64,000 bases of DNA, taken from positions 24,583-88,582 of the forward strand of contig PSLL01000006.1 of assembly GCA_040289575.1 (NCBI GenBank), in the 5' to 3' direction. The stretch is from Candidatus Dadabacteria bacterium (GTDB taxonomy: Bacteria; Desulfobacterota_D; UBA1144; Nemesobacterales; CSP1-2). The translations under genes and the position numbers were made by a program. Within the stretch, counting starts at the first letter, position 1, and each line of letters starts with the position of its first letter. Below the pieces are notes generated by a model. The model saw only the letters and a program-made list of their open reading frames with translations, was not told where the DNA came from and did not search any database. This document shows positions 20,393 through 31,457 of this stretch, piece after piece.

Positions 20393-21277
20393 AAGGGGTT
20401 CTATCTGTAAAGCAGAGGAGTCTTATGATCCTGATGTCGGAAATCAAAGAATCAAAAAAGCTATATTTCATCTTCTCTCCCGACGCCTGCGGGGTTAGCT
20501 GACGGGCTCGGGTCTGGAGAATAACCCTACATTTATCATGATTCGCCCCAAAATCCTGGGTTCCCCGCTTTCCCACTTTCCGGGAAATTCGGCGAAGACT
20601 TAGGGCATCTAGTTTAATTCATTTAATCCCTTCGGTCAATCTCTTTATTAGAATCCGGCGGAATTGGCGTCATATTAAGAGGATTCATATTAAAAATTTG
20701 GGTACATTGCAATGTCAATAAGAGCCTTCTTAGAAAGTCACATAAGTAATTGCCTTAAAAAATCTACTACTTTCCTTGCAATGGACTCATTTCTCACCAC
20801 AACCACTATTATCTTGAGCGCAAGAACTAGGAGTAGGCACATAACTATTAAGCTCAAAACATCTATAAGCTCATCCCTCATTATACACCCCCCCTAGGGC
20901 ACAAACGTCAGTGCAGTCCTCTATTGCTTAGATGGTAAAAAGGGTTCAATTACTTGGGGTTCTATCTATATCTTCCCGTTTTCTTCTCCGCCTCGTATAG
21001 AGATCGCCCAAATTTTCATACCCTTTTTACAATAACCCGGTCGCCAACTTGCATCCTTTTGATCCTATTACCTATCGCTTCAACCTTGAAGACCCAAGAC
21101 AATGAAGAAAGCTATTATTCTTTTCATTATTTTCTTACCTCTTTTCCCGGAGAATCAAATAGATTTGGGAATTCCCCGATGTCATTTTGAAGGAGGAAGA
21201 GACTATTCAGGGAACCCCTCATGGAGCGAAATAAATACTCGTCTAAAGCCGTATCACATATCCAACCGACCCGGAAT

Positions 21278-21883
21278 CTAGTAAAGTCCCATTTGATATT
21301 TCTTGTTTCCATCCGGTACGTAATGGCCTAGGGCTAAAAATAAACCGAGCAAAAGCGGCTCTATTTGATCCCTGAAGTCTATAATGTCCTGAATATAGCT
21401 CCTCGGGCTATTTTGCCACGCAAAGAATCTGCTGAACACGGCCTTGAGTTTTATCTTTGATTCGCGTGAATTAAAATCCCAGTTGAAATACCCTCCGAGC
21501 GGAAAGAAGATTTTCATGAAAAAGAGTTGCTTTATTACATGTTGTTTCCCTACATGATCCAAATCAAACCATCCTGTTCTAACCCAGCTATACCCATTGC
21601 CAAATGCCTCAGCCAATCCGCCTACAAGCCCAAGCCTCTCCGCAGCGGCTGACACAAGGGCGGAGAACACATAACCGGCTTCTGGTGTGAAGTATCCATA
21701 GGTCTGAAATTTATTCTCCATACGAATGAGATTCTCAACCAGAGGCGAGCCTTTAATCTCAGTAAGCCTGTTATTTATGGGATTTTCAGAATCAAATTCC
21801 CCTATATCACCACACACCTCAAGTGAAGACCTGATATTTCCCCATTCCCTTTTTGCTATTTGAAATGGTCTTATTATTTCCAT
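21278..21883 (-). CDS. Hypothetical protein (201 aa)
   Basis: ORF only. Confidence 0.3.
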   Translation of the reverse strand: MEIIRPFQIAKREWGNIRSSLEVCGDIGEFDSENPINNRLTEIKGSPLVENLIRMENKFQTYGYFTPEAGYVFSALVSAAAERLGLVGGLAEAFGNGYSWVRTGWFDLDHVGKQHVIKQLFFMKIFFPLGGYFNWDFNSRESKIKLKAVFSRFFAWQNSPRSYIQDIIDFRDQIEPLLLGLFLALGHYVPDGNKKYQMGLY

Positions 21884-22025
21884 AATCTTTACCTCTTTAA
21901 TTAATTCCAGCCAATCTCCCTAAGTCGGCTCCAATCAATTAACTCAACAGCTAATCGGCAATAAAAAGGGTATTTTTAAAACGACAAATTACGGATAATT
22001 AGAAATCGTGTAAGCTGAAATAAGT

Positions 22026-22436
22026 TTAAGAATATAAAGGAGGAGACCTTAAAGAAGATGATACAAAAAATTCAATGTGGGGAGAATGCCTTACTCCATC
22101 AAAGATGGTCAACAGGTATGAATTAAGGGAACAAACCAAAGACCTAAAATTTCGCGATGAGAGTTGCTTAAAAGATTTTTTGGGATCCTTTACCGTGGAA
22201 TTATCTTCAAAAATAACGTATTTCTTTTGAATCAAACCATATAAAGGGTGCACACGATGAATGGATGCACTCGAAGTAAAAAGCCAGTGGCTCTCTTGTC
22301 CTTTATAGTGGAAAACTAGCCCTAAAGTTCCCACTAAAGCAAACACAATTAAAATGCATAAATATCCCCCGGCGTTATCCAACCAGATAAGAGTGTTATA
22401 TTTGGAAATTATATGCTTAAGGTCTTTAGCCTCCAC
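22026..22436 (-). CDS. Hypothetical single-TM protein (136 aa)
   Basis: ORF only; AT-rich. Confidence 0.2.
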   Translation of the reverse strand: MEAKDLKHIISKYNTLIWLDNAGGYLCILIVFALVGTLGLVFHYKGQESHWLFTSSASIHRVHPLYGLIQKKYVIFEDNSTVKDPKKSFKQLSSRNFRSLVCSLNSYLLTIFDGVRHSPHIEFFVSSSLRSPPLYS

Positions 22437-22568
22437 ACCTCAACTCCGCGCAAGCTTTAATAAATTATAAATCACAAACTAAGCACATATATTAATTTAT
22501 GTTAAAACAATAAAGTATTTTACTTAAATGTCAAGGGATAATTTTTATCTCAGGATAGTTTTATTAGT

Positions 22569-23887
22569 TTAGTTCTCAGGCGGGACAGTTAATTCAGCCG
22601 CCCTCTGAATCCCCTCCGCCACCTCTGGAATAATGCCCATCTTTACATAAATCGGGCGCACTACCTTCCTCAGTGCCGGAAGCTTCTTTGTAAACAGAAT
22701 CGAGCCCAAGATACAAAAGACCCCACCAATAATTAGGGTATTAGGGGCGCCTATTTTACTCGCCAGTCCCCCCGCCAATAGGCTGCCAAAGGGTGCCATG
22801 CCAATAAGCGCCATCGTATAGAAGCTCATTAGGCGTCCGCGCTTATCCTCATCTACAATAGTCTGCAAAATAGTGTTGCTCGATGCCATCTGTACCATCA
22901 TCCCGAAACCGACTATCAACACAAGCAGCATAGAAAGCCAAAAGACATGGGACAATGAAAATCCGATAAGTCCAATCCCAAATACGGCTGAAGTGAGTGC
23001 GATTATCTTTCCCAATCCGCGAACGGTTTCCCGCGATGCGAGGTAAATTGAGCCCGACAATGCCCCCACGCCCGATGCAGCCATTAAAAAGCCCAGTGTG
23101 TGAGGCCCTCCATGAAGAACGTCTGATGCAAAAATAGGCATCAGTACCATGTAAGGCATTCCCATTAGACTGACTAAAGCTAGCAAAAGCAAGATAGCCC
23201 TTGTAGGCGCAAAACCGAGGGCATAACTAAATCCCTCTTTTAATCCCTCTATTATATCTGTACCCTGTGGCTCTATCCCTCTGGGTGTAACTCTCATAGC
23301 CAATAGGGATGCAATAACTGCAATGTAACTTATACCGTCAATAAGAAAGCATATCCCCTCACCGGCAGCGGCTATTAGTATTCCAGCTATGGAAGGCCCA
23401 AGCAGTCTACCATAGACGAATTTAGGGCAATGGCATTTCCTAAATCCTCTTTATTCTCTACCATCTCTATTACAAACGACTGACGCCCAGGCATATCAAA
23501 GGCATTAACCAATCCCTGTAATATGCTTAATGCAATGATATGCCAAACGGTGATAATGCCACTCATAGTGAGAACCGCTAAAGCAAATGACTGTACCATT
23601 GAGAGCACCTGTGTAATAACCAAGATTCTATGCCGATTCCACCTATCAACTAAAACACCCGCAATGGGGGTCAAAAGAAACGTGGGGATTTGCCCGGCGA
23701 ATCCAACCATGCCCAGTAGGAAAGCCGAGCCGGTCAGCCGATAAACCAGCCAGCTCGTTGCGGTTCGAGTTATCCATGTGCCAATTAGTGAAACAGTTTG
23801 GCCGCCGAAGAAGAGACGATAATTCCTAGAACGGAGTGCGCGAAAGATCAGATTTAGTCTCGTTAAATTGGGTTTATCGGATTTCAT
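22569..23887 (-). pseudogene. MFS transporter (EntS/MFS_1-like) split by a frameshift into N-terminal (23387..23887) and C-terminal (22569..23303) halves
   Basis: Two adjacent minus-strand ORFs in different frames (coordinates mod 3 differ) encode the first six and last six TM helices of a ~410-aa MFS protein. The junction lies around 23304-23390. Confidence 0.65.
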
Positions 23888-23927
23888 CCTTAATTATAGC
23901 GTATGACATTTATGTAAATGGAAATTA

Positions 23928-23970
23928 CGCAGACCGACAAAAACAACGGGGACGACTTGCCGGTCGCCCC
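23928..23970 (-). terminator. Rho-independent terminator downstream of the RND operon
   Basis: Minus-strand hairpin GGGGCGACC-GGCAA-GTCGTCCCC followed by GTTGTTTTTGTC, about 34 nt after the true RND stop at 24004. Confidence 0.55.
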
Positions 23971-24003
23971 TACAATCAATTGAAGGAACAATTTCGGATA
24001 AAA

Positions 24004-27000
24004 CTAACGGGAAGCGTATCTTTCCCTTGTCCTTCCGTTTAAACGAGACAACAAACGGGAGAGTGACAGACTCCCGACCCTTTTCTGGAATGCATCCATA
24101 TATGTGTAAAAAACAGGGGTAAGATAAAGGGTAATTAGCTGTGAAAAGAGGAGACCTCCCACTACAGCAAGACCCAGTGGACGACGTCCTTCTCCTCCCG
24201 CGCCGAATCCGATTGCAATGGGCAAGGCCCGCCATTGTCGTCATCATAATGGGGCGAAAACGTATAACGCAACCTTGGTATATTGCCTCCAATGTACTTT
24301 TGCCTTCTTTCCTCTCAGCTTCCAGAGCAAAGTCAATCTGCATAATGGCATTCTTCTTGACAATCCCTATAAGCATAATAAGACCCACAAAGCCATAAAG
24401 ATTCAGTTCAACATGAAAAACGAGAAGGGTAAGTAGCGCCCCAAAAACCGCAGAAGGAAGCCCAGATAGTATGGTCAGCGGATGAATAAAGCTCTCGTAA
24501 AGGATACCCAACACCATATAAATGACCAGTATGGCAAAGAGGAGAAGAAGCCCCAGACCCTTCAGCGATGATTGAAATGCCTGAGCCGTACCCTGAAAAC
24601 TAGTATTAATGGTATTGGGCAATGTCTCCCGCGCGAGATTGTTGACCTTTGCTACAGCTTCACCCAGAGAAACCCCCGGTTTTAGATTGAATGAAATCGT
24701 AACAGCGGGAAACTGACCGAGGTGGTTAATTGTTAGAGGCCCCACGTTCTCATTCAATGTCGCCACGGCATCTAATGGAACTAGGTGGTTATCCGATGAC
24801 CTTATATATAACCTAGACAGGGTATCCGGGTCCATCTGGTATTGGGGTTCCAACTCCATAATGACCTTATATTGGTTGGTAGGGGCGTATATAGTTGAGA
24901 CCCAGCGGTCTCCATAGGCGCTAAAGAGCGCGTCCTCAATCTGCTCCGCAGTAACCCCGTAGGTTGAGGCCTTATCCCTATGAATTACAACATTTACCTG
25001 GGGATTTTTAATCTGAAGGTCGCTTGTGACATCCTGCAACTCAGGCAGAGCACGCATCTTGGCTTCCAGAATCGGGACATAATGGTAAAGCTCGTCTGTA
25101 TCCGGACCCTGTAATGTAAATTGGTAGAGGCTCTTTGTCAGTTGACCCCCAACCCGAATCACAGGGGGGTTTTGCATGAATACATTTATACCGGGAACCT
25201 TAGACAGCTTCGGACGCAATTCCTCAATCACCTGCTCTACACTTTTGTGACGCTCTGAGCGTGGTATTAAATGGAAAAACATGACGCCCTGATTCGAACT
25301 GGTAGCAATACTGGATGTGCCGACACTTGAATAGAATTCCACTACATTTGGATCCTTTTGAACAATATCGGCCACAGCTTGCTGAAGCCTGACCATCTTG
25401 TCGAAAGAGGTTCCTTGGGGTGCTTCGGTAATGGCGAAAATCACACTCCGATCCTCATCCGGAATAAACCCCTTGGGGGTCATACCAAATAGGTACCATG
25501 TAATTACAAGTATAATTCCAGAGACCACGAGTGTAGCCAGACGGTGCCTTAGGACACGCTTGAGGCTCCACTCATAGCCTTTAAGCATACGATCGAAGAA
25601 ACGCTCCGTGACATTATAAAAACGGCCGCGCTCTCCCTCTGACGGTGGGCGAAGGAAACGGCTGCAAAGCATAGGTGTGAGGCTCAGTGAAACAAAACCA
25701 GAGATTAAAATAGACACACATATTGTTACTGCAAATTCACGGAATAATCTCCCGACAACGCCTCCCATAAAAAGCACTGGAATAAATACCGCGGCAAGCG
25801 AAAGCGTCATAGAGAGAATTGTAAAACTGATCTCTCTAGACCCATCGAGTGCCGCCTGAAACGGCTTTTTCCCCATCTCCATGTGGCGGACAATATTCTC
25901 AAGCATGACAATGGCATCGTCTACCACAAATCCTATTGCAAGGATCAAAGCCATCAGTGAAAAATTATCCATACTGTATCCCATCAGATATATCACCGCG
26001 AATGTACCCATGACGGATAATGGCAAAGCCAGGCTTGGAATCACAGTGGCAGAGATGTTGCGTAGGAAAAGAAATATCACTGCAACAACCAAGATAAGAG
26101 TCAGAACCATTGTGAATTTGACATCATTAATCGAATTAAGGATGAATTGAGAGCGGTCATAGAGGATATGCAATTCAACCGAGGGCGGAATATAGGGTTT
26201 CAGTGTAGAGAGGAGTTCTTTGACAGAATTTGCCACCTCAACCGTATTGGTTCCCGGCTGACGTTGAATCGCAATAACTATTGCCCTCTGACTCCCCTCT
26301 TTATTTACATACCAGGCAGCCGCCTTGTCTGTCTCAACGCTGTCAATGACCTGCCCCAATTCTTCAAGGCGCACAGGAGAACCGTTACGGTATGTAACTA
26401 TAATTGGGCGATATGAGGCGGCTTTATAGAGTTGTCCGGTAGCCAGAATGGTAAACTCCCTGTCTGTTCCATAAAGGGTTCCAGTTGGCAAGTTCACGTT
26501 TGCACTATTTAGCGCCTGCTCTACTTCATTTATTCCTATTCCCTTGCTAGCGAGTATATTTGGATCAAGCTGGACTCGGACTGCGTATTTCTGAGGCCCG
26601 AAAATCTGGACCTGTGCCACATTCTTAACCATAGATATACGCTCCCCTATTACGGTCTCCGCATAGTCATCCACCTGCCAGAGAGGAAGTGTCCGCGAGC
26701 TTATAGCAATATACAGAATAGGTTGGTCAGCAGGATTTACCTTTCGGTACGTAGGAGGCTGGGGCATATTCTGGGGAAGAAATGGCGTTGCCTGAACGAT
26801 TGCCGTCTGCACATCCTGAGCGGCGGCATCGATGTTACGGCTGAGATCAAACTGGAGTGTAATCTGAGTGGAACCTAAGGCGTTAGTAGAGGTCATGGAA
26901 CTGAGACCGGCAATAGTGGAAAACTGCCTCTCAAGAGGCGTAGCGACAGAAGAAGCCATTGTTTCGGGGCTTGCACCGGGGAGGCTTGCCGTTACAAGGA

Positions 27001-27139
27001 GTGTAGGAAAATCAACATTTGGAAGATCGCTCACAGGCAGGAGCTTATACCCCATGATTCCAAAAAGGAGGATCCCCAACGTAAGAAGGGTTGTCATAAC
27101 AAATCGGCGGATAAAGATCTCTGATAAATTCATAGACAC
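24004..27139 (-). CDS. RND multidrug efflux permease (AcrB/MexB HAE1-like) with an apparent frameshift ~75 codons before the natural C-terminus
   Basis: The long ORF 23894..27139 is a full AcrB-like protein until ~24230, where its sequence turns into nonsense (…MTTMAGLAHCNRIRRGRRR…). The genuine conserved C-terminus (PIAIGFGAGGEGRRPLGLAVVGGLLFSQLITLYLTPVFY) is encoded in another frame at 24004..24225. Confidence 0.8.
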
Positions 27140-27411
27140 ATTCCTTCAATAAATTGATCTTAAATTCTATATAAACCCGAATGCCTCTGGTGCATTTCAT
27201 ATTAAAGTTGCATAGTAGAAAGGTTATGACCTTAATTAGCGATTCAAATTGGGCTTATGTGTAGTGGCAGTTTCACATCTACCCTCTATTATAGCGCGCA
27301 AATACAGGATTCGCTCTAAGCATATTTATCCAGTTAAATTTTCAGAAGCTATCGGTTCTTAACTCTACGACCTTTCCCGGGCCTTAAACCCTCTAAAAAT
27401 CCCTCTACAGT

Positions 27412-28650
27412 TTAGTATCGTATCTCTGATGATCCAGAACCATCATCCTGAGCCTTTTGAGTTCCACCTTCCGTTGCCCCACCTTTGATCTCCACTTTAA
27501 CTCCCGGGGCAAGCCTAAGCTGGCCCTCGGTTACCACCCTTTCCCCCGGCTGAAGCCCATTTGCAATGACGACCTCCCGACCAAGGTCATTCCCTAGAAT
27601 GATAGGGCGAGACTCAACTGTAAGGTCGGGCTTAACAACAAAGACATAATTACCTTGCTGTCCTGTTTGGACCGCGGTAGATGGAACCACTACTGCATTT
27701 GGTTGTCTAGTTAAAGTCAACACCACATTGACAAACTGGCCTGGCCAAAGGGCCTCGTTTTCATTGGGGAAAAGCCCCTTGAGAAGTATAGTTCCTGTAT
27801 TGGTATCTACCTGATTATTTACAAATGTCAGTTCTCCGACGGCCGGATGCTCTCTGTCGCTAGGAATGATCGCCTCGACTTTTAACCTCTCCTCAGCCAT
27901 ATATCTCCTTATCCTTGGCAACTCCTGCTCTGGAACAGAGAAATCCACATATATCGGCTTAATCTGGTTGATAACCGCCAGAACCGTGTCGTTATCCTTG
28001 ACCATATTGCCCTGATTAACCATGAGTTTTCCGATTCGCCCATCTATAGGGGAATAAATATAGCAGTACCCGAGTTGAACCTTAGCATTCTCTACAGCAG
28101 CCTCATCCGCTTTAACCGTTGCTCTCATGGCTTCAAAATTCGTACGATTCTGGTCATAGTCCTGTTGAGAAACTATACCCCTCTTGAATAAGTCTGTATA
28201 ACGACGGGCGTCTGCTTCGGCCTTTTTCATCTGAGCTATGTCTTTTGCCAAGTTGGCCTCAGTCTGGCTGAGGGCCGCTTTAAATGGACGGGGGTCAATC
28301 AAAAATATAAGCTCGCCCTTTTTTACCTCCTGACCCTCTTTAAAGTTGACCTCTACTAGCTGGCCTACAACCCGGGATTTAACCGATACAGTGGAATAGG
28401 CCTCCACGCTACCGATAGCGTGTATTTGCACGGGAATGTCCTTTTGAACTACCGTAGCGACTGTCACCGGTACAGCCTCGTTCATTCCGGCTTGACCCGG
28501 TTTCCCAGAGGGCCGATCGTGTCTACTAGAGCAAGACAAAAATAAAAATGATACAGCCATAAATAAACCGACACCCAAATGGAGAATCAAAGGACGCGAT
28601 AAAGGGCACCGTATTCCTCGATCAATGATGAATTTCCCTGCTCCTATCAT
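27412..28650 (-). CDS. RND efflux periplasmic adaptor (AcrA/MexA-like MFP, lipoprotein)
   Basis: Lipobox-like LSCSS, with coiled-coil hairpin and beta-barrel MFP domains. Immediately upstream of the RND gene. Confidence 0.85.
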   Translation of the reverse strand: MIGAGKFIIDRGIRCPLSRPLILHLGVGLFMAVSFLFLSCSSRHDRPSGKPGQAGMNEAVPVTVATVVQKDIPVQIHAIGSVEAYSTVSVKSRVVGQLVEVNFKEGQEVKKGELIFLIDPRPFKAALSQTEANLAKDIAQMKKAEADARRYTDLFKRGIVSQQDYDQNRTNFEAMRATVKADEAAVENAKVQLGYCYIYSPIDGRIGKLMVNQGNMVKDNDTVLAVINQIKPIYVDFSVPEQELPRIRRYMAEERLKVEAIIPSDREHPAVGELTFVNNQVDTNTGTILLKGLFPNENEALWPGQFVNVVLTLTRQPNAVVVPSTAVQTGQQGNYVFVVKPDLTVESRPIILGNDLGREVVIANGLQPGERVVTEGQLRLAPGVKVEIKGGATEGGTQKAQDDGSGSSEIRY

Positions 28651-28670
28651 GATATAGCGACTCTTTAGCT

Positions 28671-29279
28671 CTAATTTTTTATCCCTTCGAGAAAGATCTT
28701 TACAAAAGTCTCAACTACATCCTCCTTTTTGATCCTCTTCTTTTTCTTTTCACCGAAGAGTTCTTTGACGATTATATAATTTGTCAACATTCCCATAAAT
28801 GCCCGCGCTGCAAGAAAGGGATTTATATTCTTAAAAGCCCCGTCCGATATTCGCTCTTCAATATAGTCGGAAAGGACCGTCCTTAGATGCTGAACGTATG
28901 TATCAAAGAACATATCCGACAATTCGTGCCCCTCAAGCGCACTGAAATGGAGCAATCTCAAAAAGCTCGGGTCCTTCTCCACACATTCAAACATCCTTAT
29001 GCCAAGTGACCTAAAGATCAGCGAATCGTCTTTGGTTTCTTTAAACGTCTCAAGCGGCAATTCAATCTTCGGGTCTTCTTGAATCTTTTTCTCAATAATC
29101 GCACCGTAGAGGTCTCTTTTCGTAGAAAAGTATCGGAATATCAGAGCCTCGTTCACACCCGCTTTCTCCGCAATCTCTTTTGTAGTAGTGCCGTTGAATC
29201 CCTTTTCGGCAAAAAGCCCAATTGCGGCCTCCAGTATTTTATCCCGTGTCTTACTGACCCTTACCTGCTCAATTGACAT
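28671..29279 (-). CDS. TetR/AcrR-family transcriptional regulator
   Basis: N-terminal HTH (DKILEAAIGLFAEKGFNGTTTKEIAEKAGVNEALIFRYFSTKRDLY). The ATG at 29277-29279 is more likely the start than the upstream TTG listed at 29288. Confidence 0.85.
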   Translation of the reverse strand: MSIEQVRVSKTRDKILEAAIGLFAEKGFNGTTTKEIAEKAGVNEALIFRYFSTKRDLYGAIIEKKIQEDPKIELPLETFKETKDDSLIFRSLGIRMFECVEKDPSFLRLLHFSALEGHELSDMFFDTYVQHLRTVLSDYIEERISDGAFKNINPFLAARAFMGMLTNYIIVKELFGEKKKKRIKKEDVVETFVKIFLEGIKN

Positions 29280-29302
29280 TCTCAACAATCTCTGTAATAT
29301 AT

Positions 29303-29316
29303 TAAGTAATTACTTA
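29303..29316. promoter_or_regulatory. Perfect 14-bp palindrome TAAGTAATTACTTA in the tetR/OMF divergent intergenic region; candidate TetR operator
   Basis: Self-complementary sequence read directly, ~24 bp upstream of the tetR ATG and within the 250-bp divergent promoter region. Confidence 0.4.
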
Positions 29317-29530
29317 CTTACTTTACCACACTCTATCTAGGATGTCAAAAAAGGAAAGATATATAAGGAGGACATTCAATGTGAGAGACATCTGATATGC
29401 AGATAAAGAAAGACCGACCCCGGATATGGTAGATTGCTTAGATTTATATATAAAGGTTAAATATCAATAACCGAAAGACTAATAGGCCCCGGTTTTTCTA
29501 ATAAATTTATCTCTAACAGAGGATAGACAG

Positions 29531-31045
29531 ATGAACGGAATCATATTTCTAGTATTTCTTTCCCTAGTAGGAGCCGACCAAACCCTCAATCTCTCCCTTC
29601 ACGACGCAATTAGAATAGCCCTAGAAAACAACAGAAATATACAGATACAGAGAAAAAGCGTAGAAATATCACAGGGAAATATACTGACCCAAAAGGGCAT
29701 ATTTGATCCGCTCTTAAATCTCAGTTCGTCCTTTACAGATTCTAAGACCCCCACGACAAGCGCTTTTGTCTCAAGCGGTGCCATCGATAGCAAGGAATTT
29801 ACCGCTGGAAGCAGTATAACAGGAAACCTTCCGACGGGTACGTTCTATAACATCCTTAATTTTTCCCTGACACGAACAACGACAAACAACCCAATTGTGT
29901 CTTTAAGCCCAAGCTGGGTTACAAATCTAGGCTTTGGCGTCGGTCAGAATCTCCTTAAGAACTTCGGGCTTGATGTGAACTTAACCCCTATAATTGTAGC
30001 GAAAAAGTCGAGTGAGGTTTCGGAGAAACAGCTTGAGCAAACAATCTCCGATACCCTTCTAAGTGTTGAAACGGCATATTGGAATGCAGTGGCTGCAAAA
30101 AAGAATCTCGAGGTTGCAAGGGCTGAGCTTGAGGTTTCAAAAACCCTCCGGAGTCAAAACGAGATTCAGGTAGAGGTAGGAACGCTTGCTCCCGTTGCTG
30201 TTACTCAGGCCAAGGCGCAGGTTGCATCAGACGAGGTAAATCTAATTACGGCTGAGAACAACCTTAAAGCCGCCGAGGATAGCCTCAAGAACATACTCAC
30301 AATCCCCCTTACAGAGGAGATTGCCCTAACCGATGAGCCGACAACCGTTTTTAAATCATTTAATGAAGGCGATGTGCTTAAAGAAGCATTAGAAAAAAGA
30401 CCTGAGATAGCACAGGCAAAGCTCAATATAGAAAGCAATGAAATACAAAAGAAGTTTGCTTCAAATCAGAGGCTTCCCAACCTATCCGTTCAGGGTATAG
30501 TGACACTTCAAGGTCTAGGCGGCAGTGAAAATCCGAATATTCTAGTATTTGGGGGAGGAAAACCACCCTCAATCCCGGAGCAATTCAATGAACCTATAGA
30601 TGCTTTTACAAATCTGTTCGAAGGGAGATTCCCGGTGTGGGAGGTTTTAGGGGTTTTTAGCTTTCCCCTTTTTAACCGAACCGCCAGAGGGAATTATGTA
30701 CAAGCCTCTGCAAGCCTCGATAGAAGTATTATTACACTTAAGCAGACTGAAGAAAGCGTTGCGCTTGATGTAAGGAATGCCATTAGACAGGTTCAAAATA
30801 GCTTGAGGAGTATAGAATCGGCAAAGGTCGCGGTTCAGCTTAATGAAGAGCTACTGAGGCAGCAAAATGAGAGACTTAAGGTAGGTGTCGGGACAACACT
30901 GGATGTGATACAAGCCCAAAGAGATCTTGTAAATGCAAAAACCCAAGAAATACAGGCTATTGTCAATTATAATATTGCCCTTGCACAGGTCGAACATGCA
31001 AGGGGAACAATTCTACAAGCGAGGGGCGTTCAGATAAAGGAGTAG
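29531..31045 (+). CDS. TolC-family outer membrane efflux protein (OMF), divergent from the tetR-MFP-RND operon
   Basis: Signal peptide and two OEP repeats (…RSIESAKVAVQLNEELLRQQNERLKVGVGTTLDVIQAQRDLVNAK…). Confidence 0.85.
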   Translation: MNGIIFLVFLSLVGADQTLNLSLHDAIRIALENNRNIQIQRKSVEISQGNILTQKGIFDPLLNLSSSFTDSKTPTTSAFVSSGAIDSKEFTAGSSITGNLPTGTFYNILNFSLTRTTTNNPIVSLSPSWVTNLGFGVGQNLLKNFGLDVNLTPIIVAKKSSEVSEKQLEQTISDTLLSVETAYWNAVAAKKNLEVARAELEVSKTLRSQNEIQVEVGTLAPVAVTQAKAQVASDEVNLITAENNLKAAEDSLKNILTIPLTEEIALTDEPTTVFKSFNEGDVLKEALEKRPEIAQAKLNIESNEIQKKFASNQRLPNLSVQGIVTLQGLGGSENPNILVFGGGKPPSIPEQFNEPIDAFTNLFEGRFPVWEVLGVFSFPLFNRTARGNYVQASASLDRSIITLKQTEESVALDVRNAIRQVQNSLRSIESAKVAVQLNEELLRQQNERLKVGVGTTLDVIQAQRDLVNAKTQEIQAIVNYNIALAQVEHARGTILQARGVQIKE

Positions 31046-31051
31046 TGCCAA

Positions 31052-31400
31052 ATGAGCGAACGCCCTTGTCCTCTAATTGATTTTAAACACGTCTCTGTTA
31101 GTCGTGGAAACAGAACCGTTCTACACGATATAAGTCTCAAGATTTAAACAGGCAAGCACGTCGCCATCTTAGGACCAAACGGCTGCGGCAAAACCACGTT
31201 GATTAAAACCATTATGCGTGAGTGTTACCCAATAGTAAAGGACGGCTCATCTCTAACCATCCTAGGTCAGGAGCAGTGGAATATATTTGAGCTAAGATCA
31301 ACGCTGGGTATTGGGTCTAATGACCTGATGATTGACTACATCGGTGAATTCAGCGGGAGGGAGGTCGTTATTAAAGAAGCTTGCGTAATATATGTCGAAA
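31052..31400 (+). pseudogene. Remnant of an ABC transporter ATP-binding protein (ModF-half-like): in-frame TAA 31 codons in, then truncated after ~115 codons
   Basis: ATG at 31052, then …DISLKI-TAA(31145-31147)-TGKHVAILGPNGCGKTTLIKT… (Walker A) continues in the same frame. Homology ends near 31385, before the AT-rich leader of the SDR gene. Confidence 0.6.
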
Positions 31401-31457
31401 TCAGTTTAAGTCATACTGTCTATTTTGAAAATAAATATAATAAGGAGGTAGAAATTA

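Noticed and set aside
20393-20700. Identification of the structured leader as a glycine, lysine, guanidine-I, SAM, TPP, FMN or cobalamin riboswitch
   Set aside because: None of the class-defining conserved boxes could be matched by eye. Left as an unclassified candidate.
22440-22570. GC hairpin (CAGGCGG…CCGCCCTCTGA) near 22585-22615
   Set aside because: It lies inside the MFS pseudogene coding region with only a 5-bp imperfect stem. Not convincing as a terminator.
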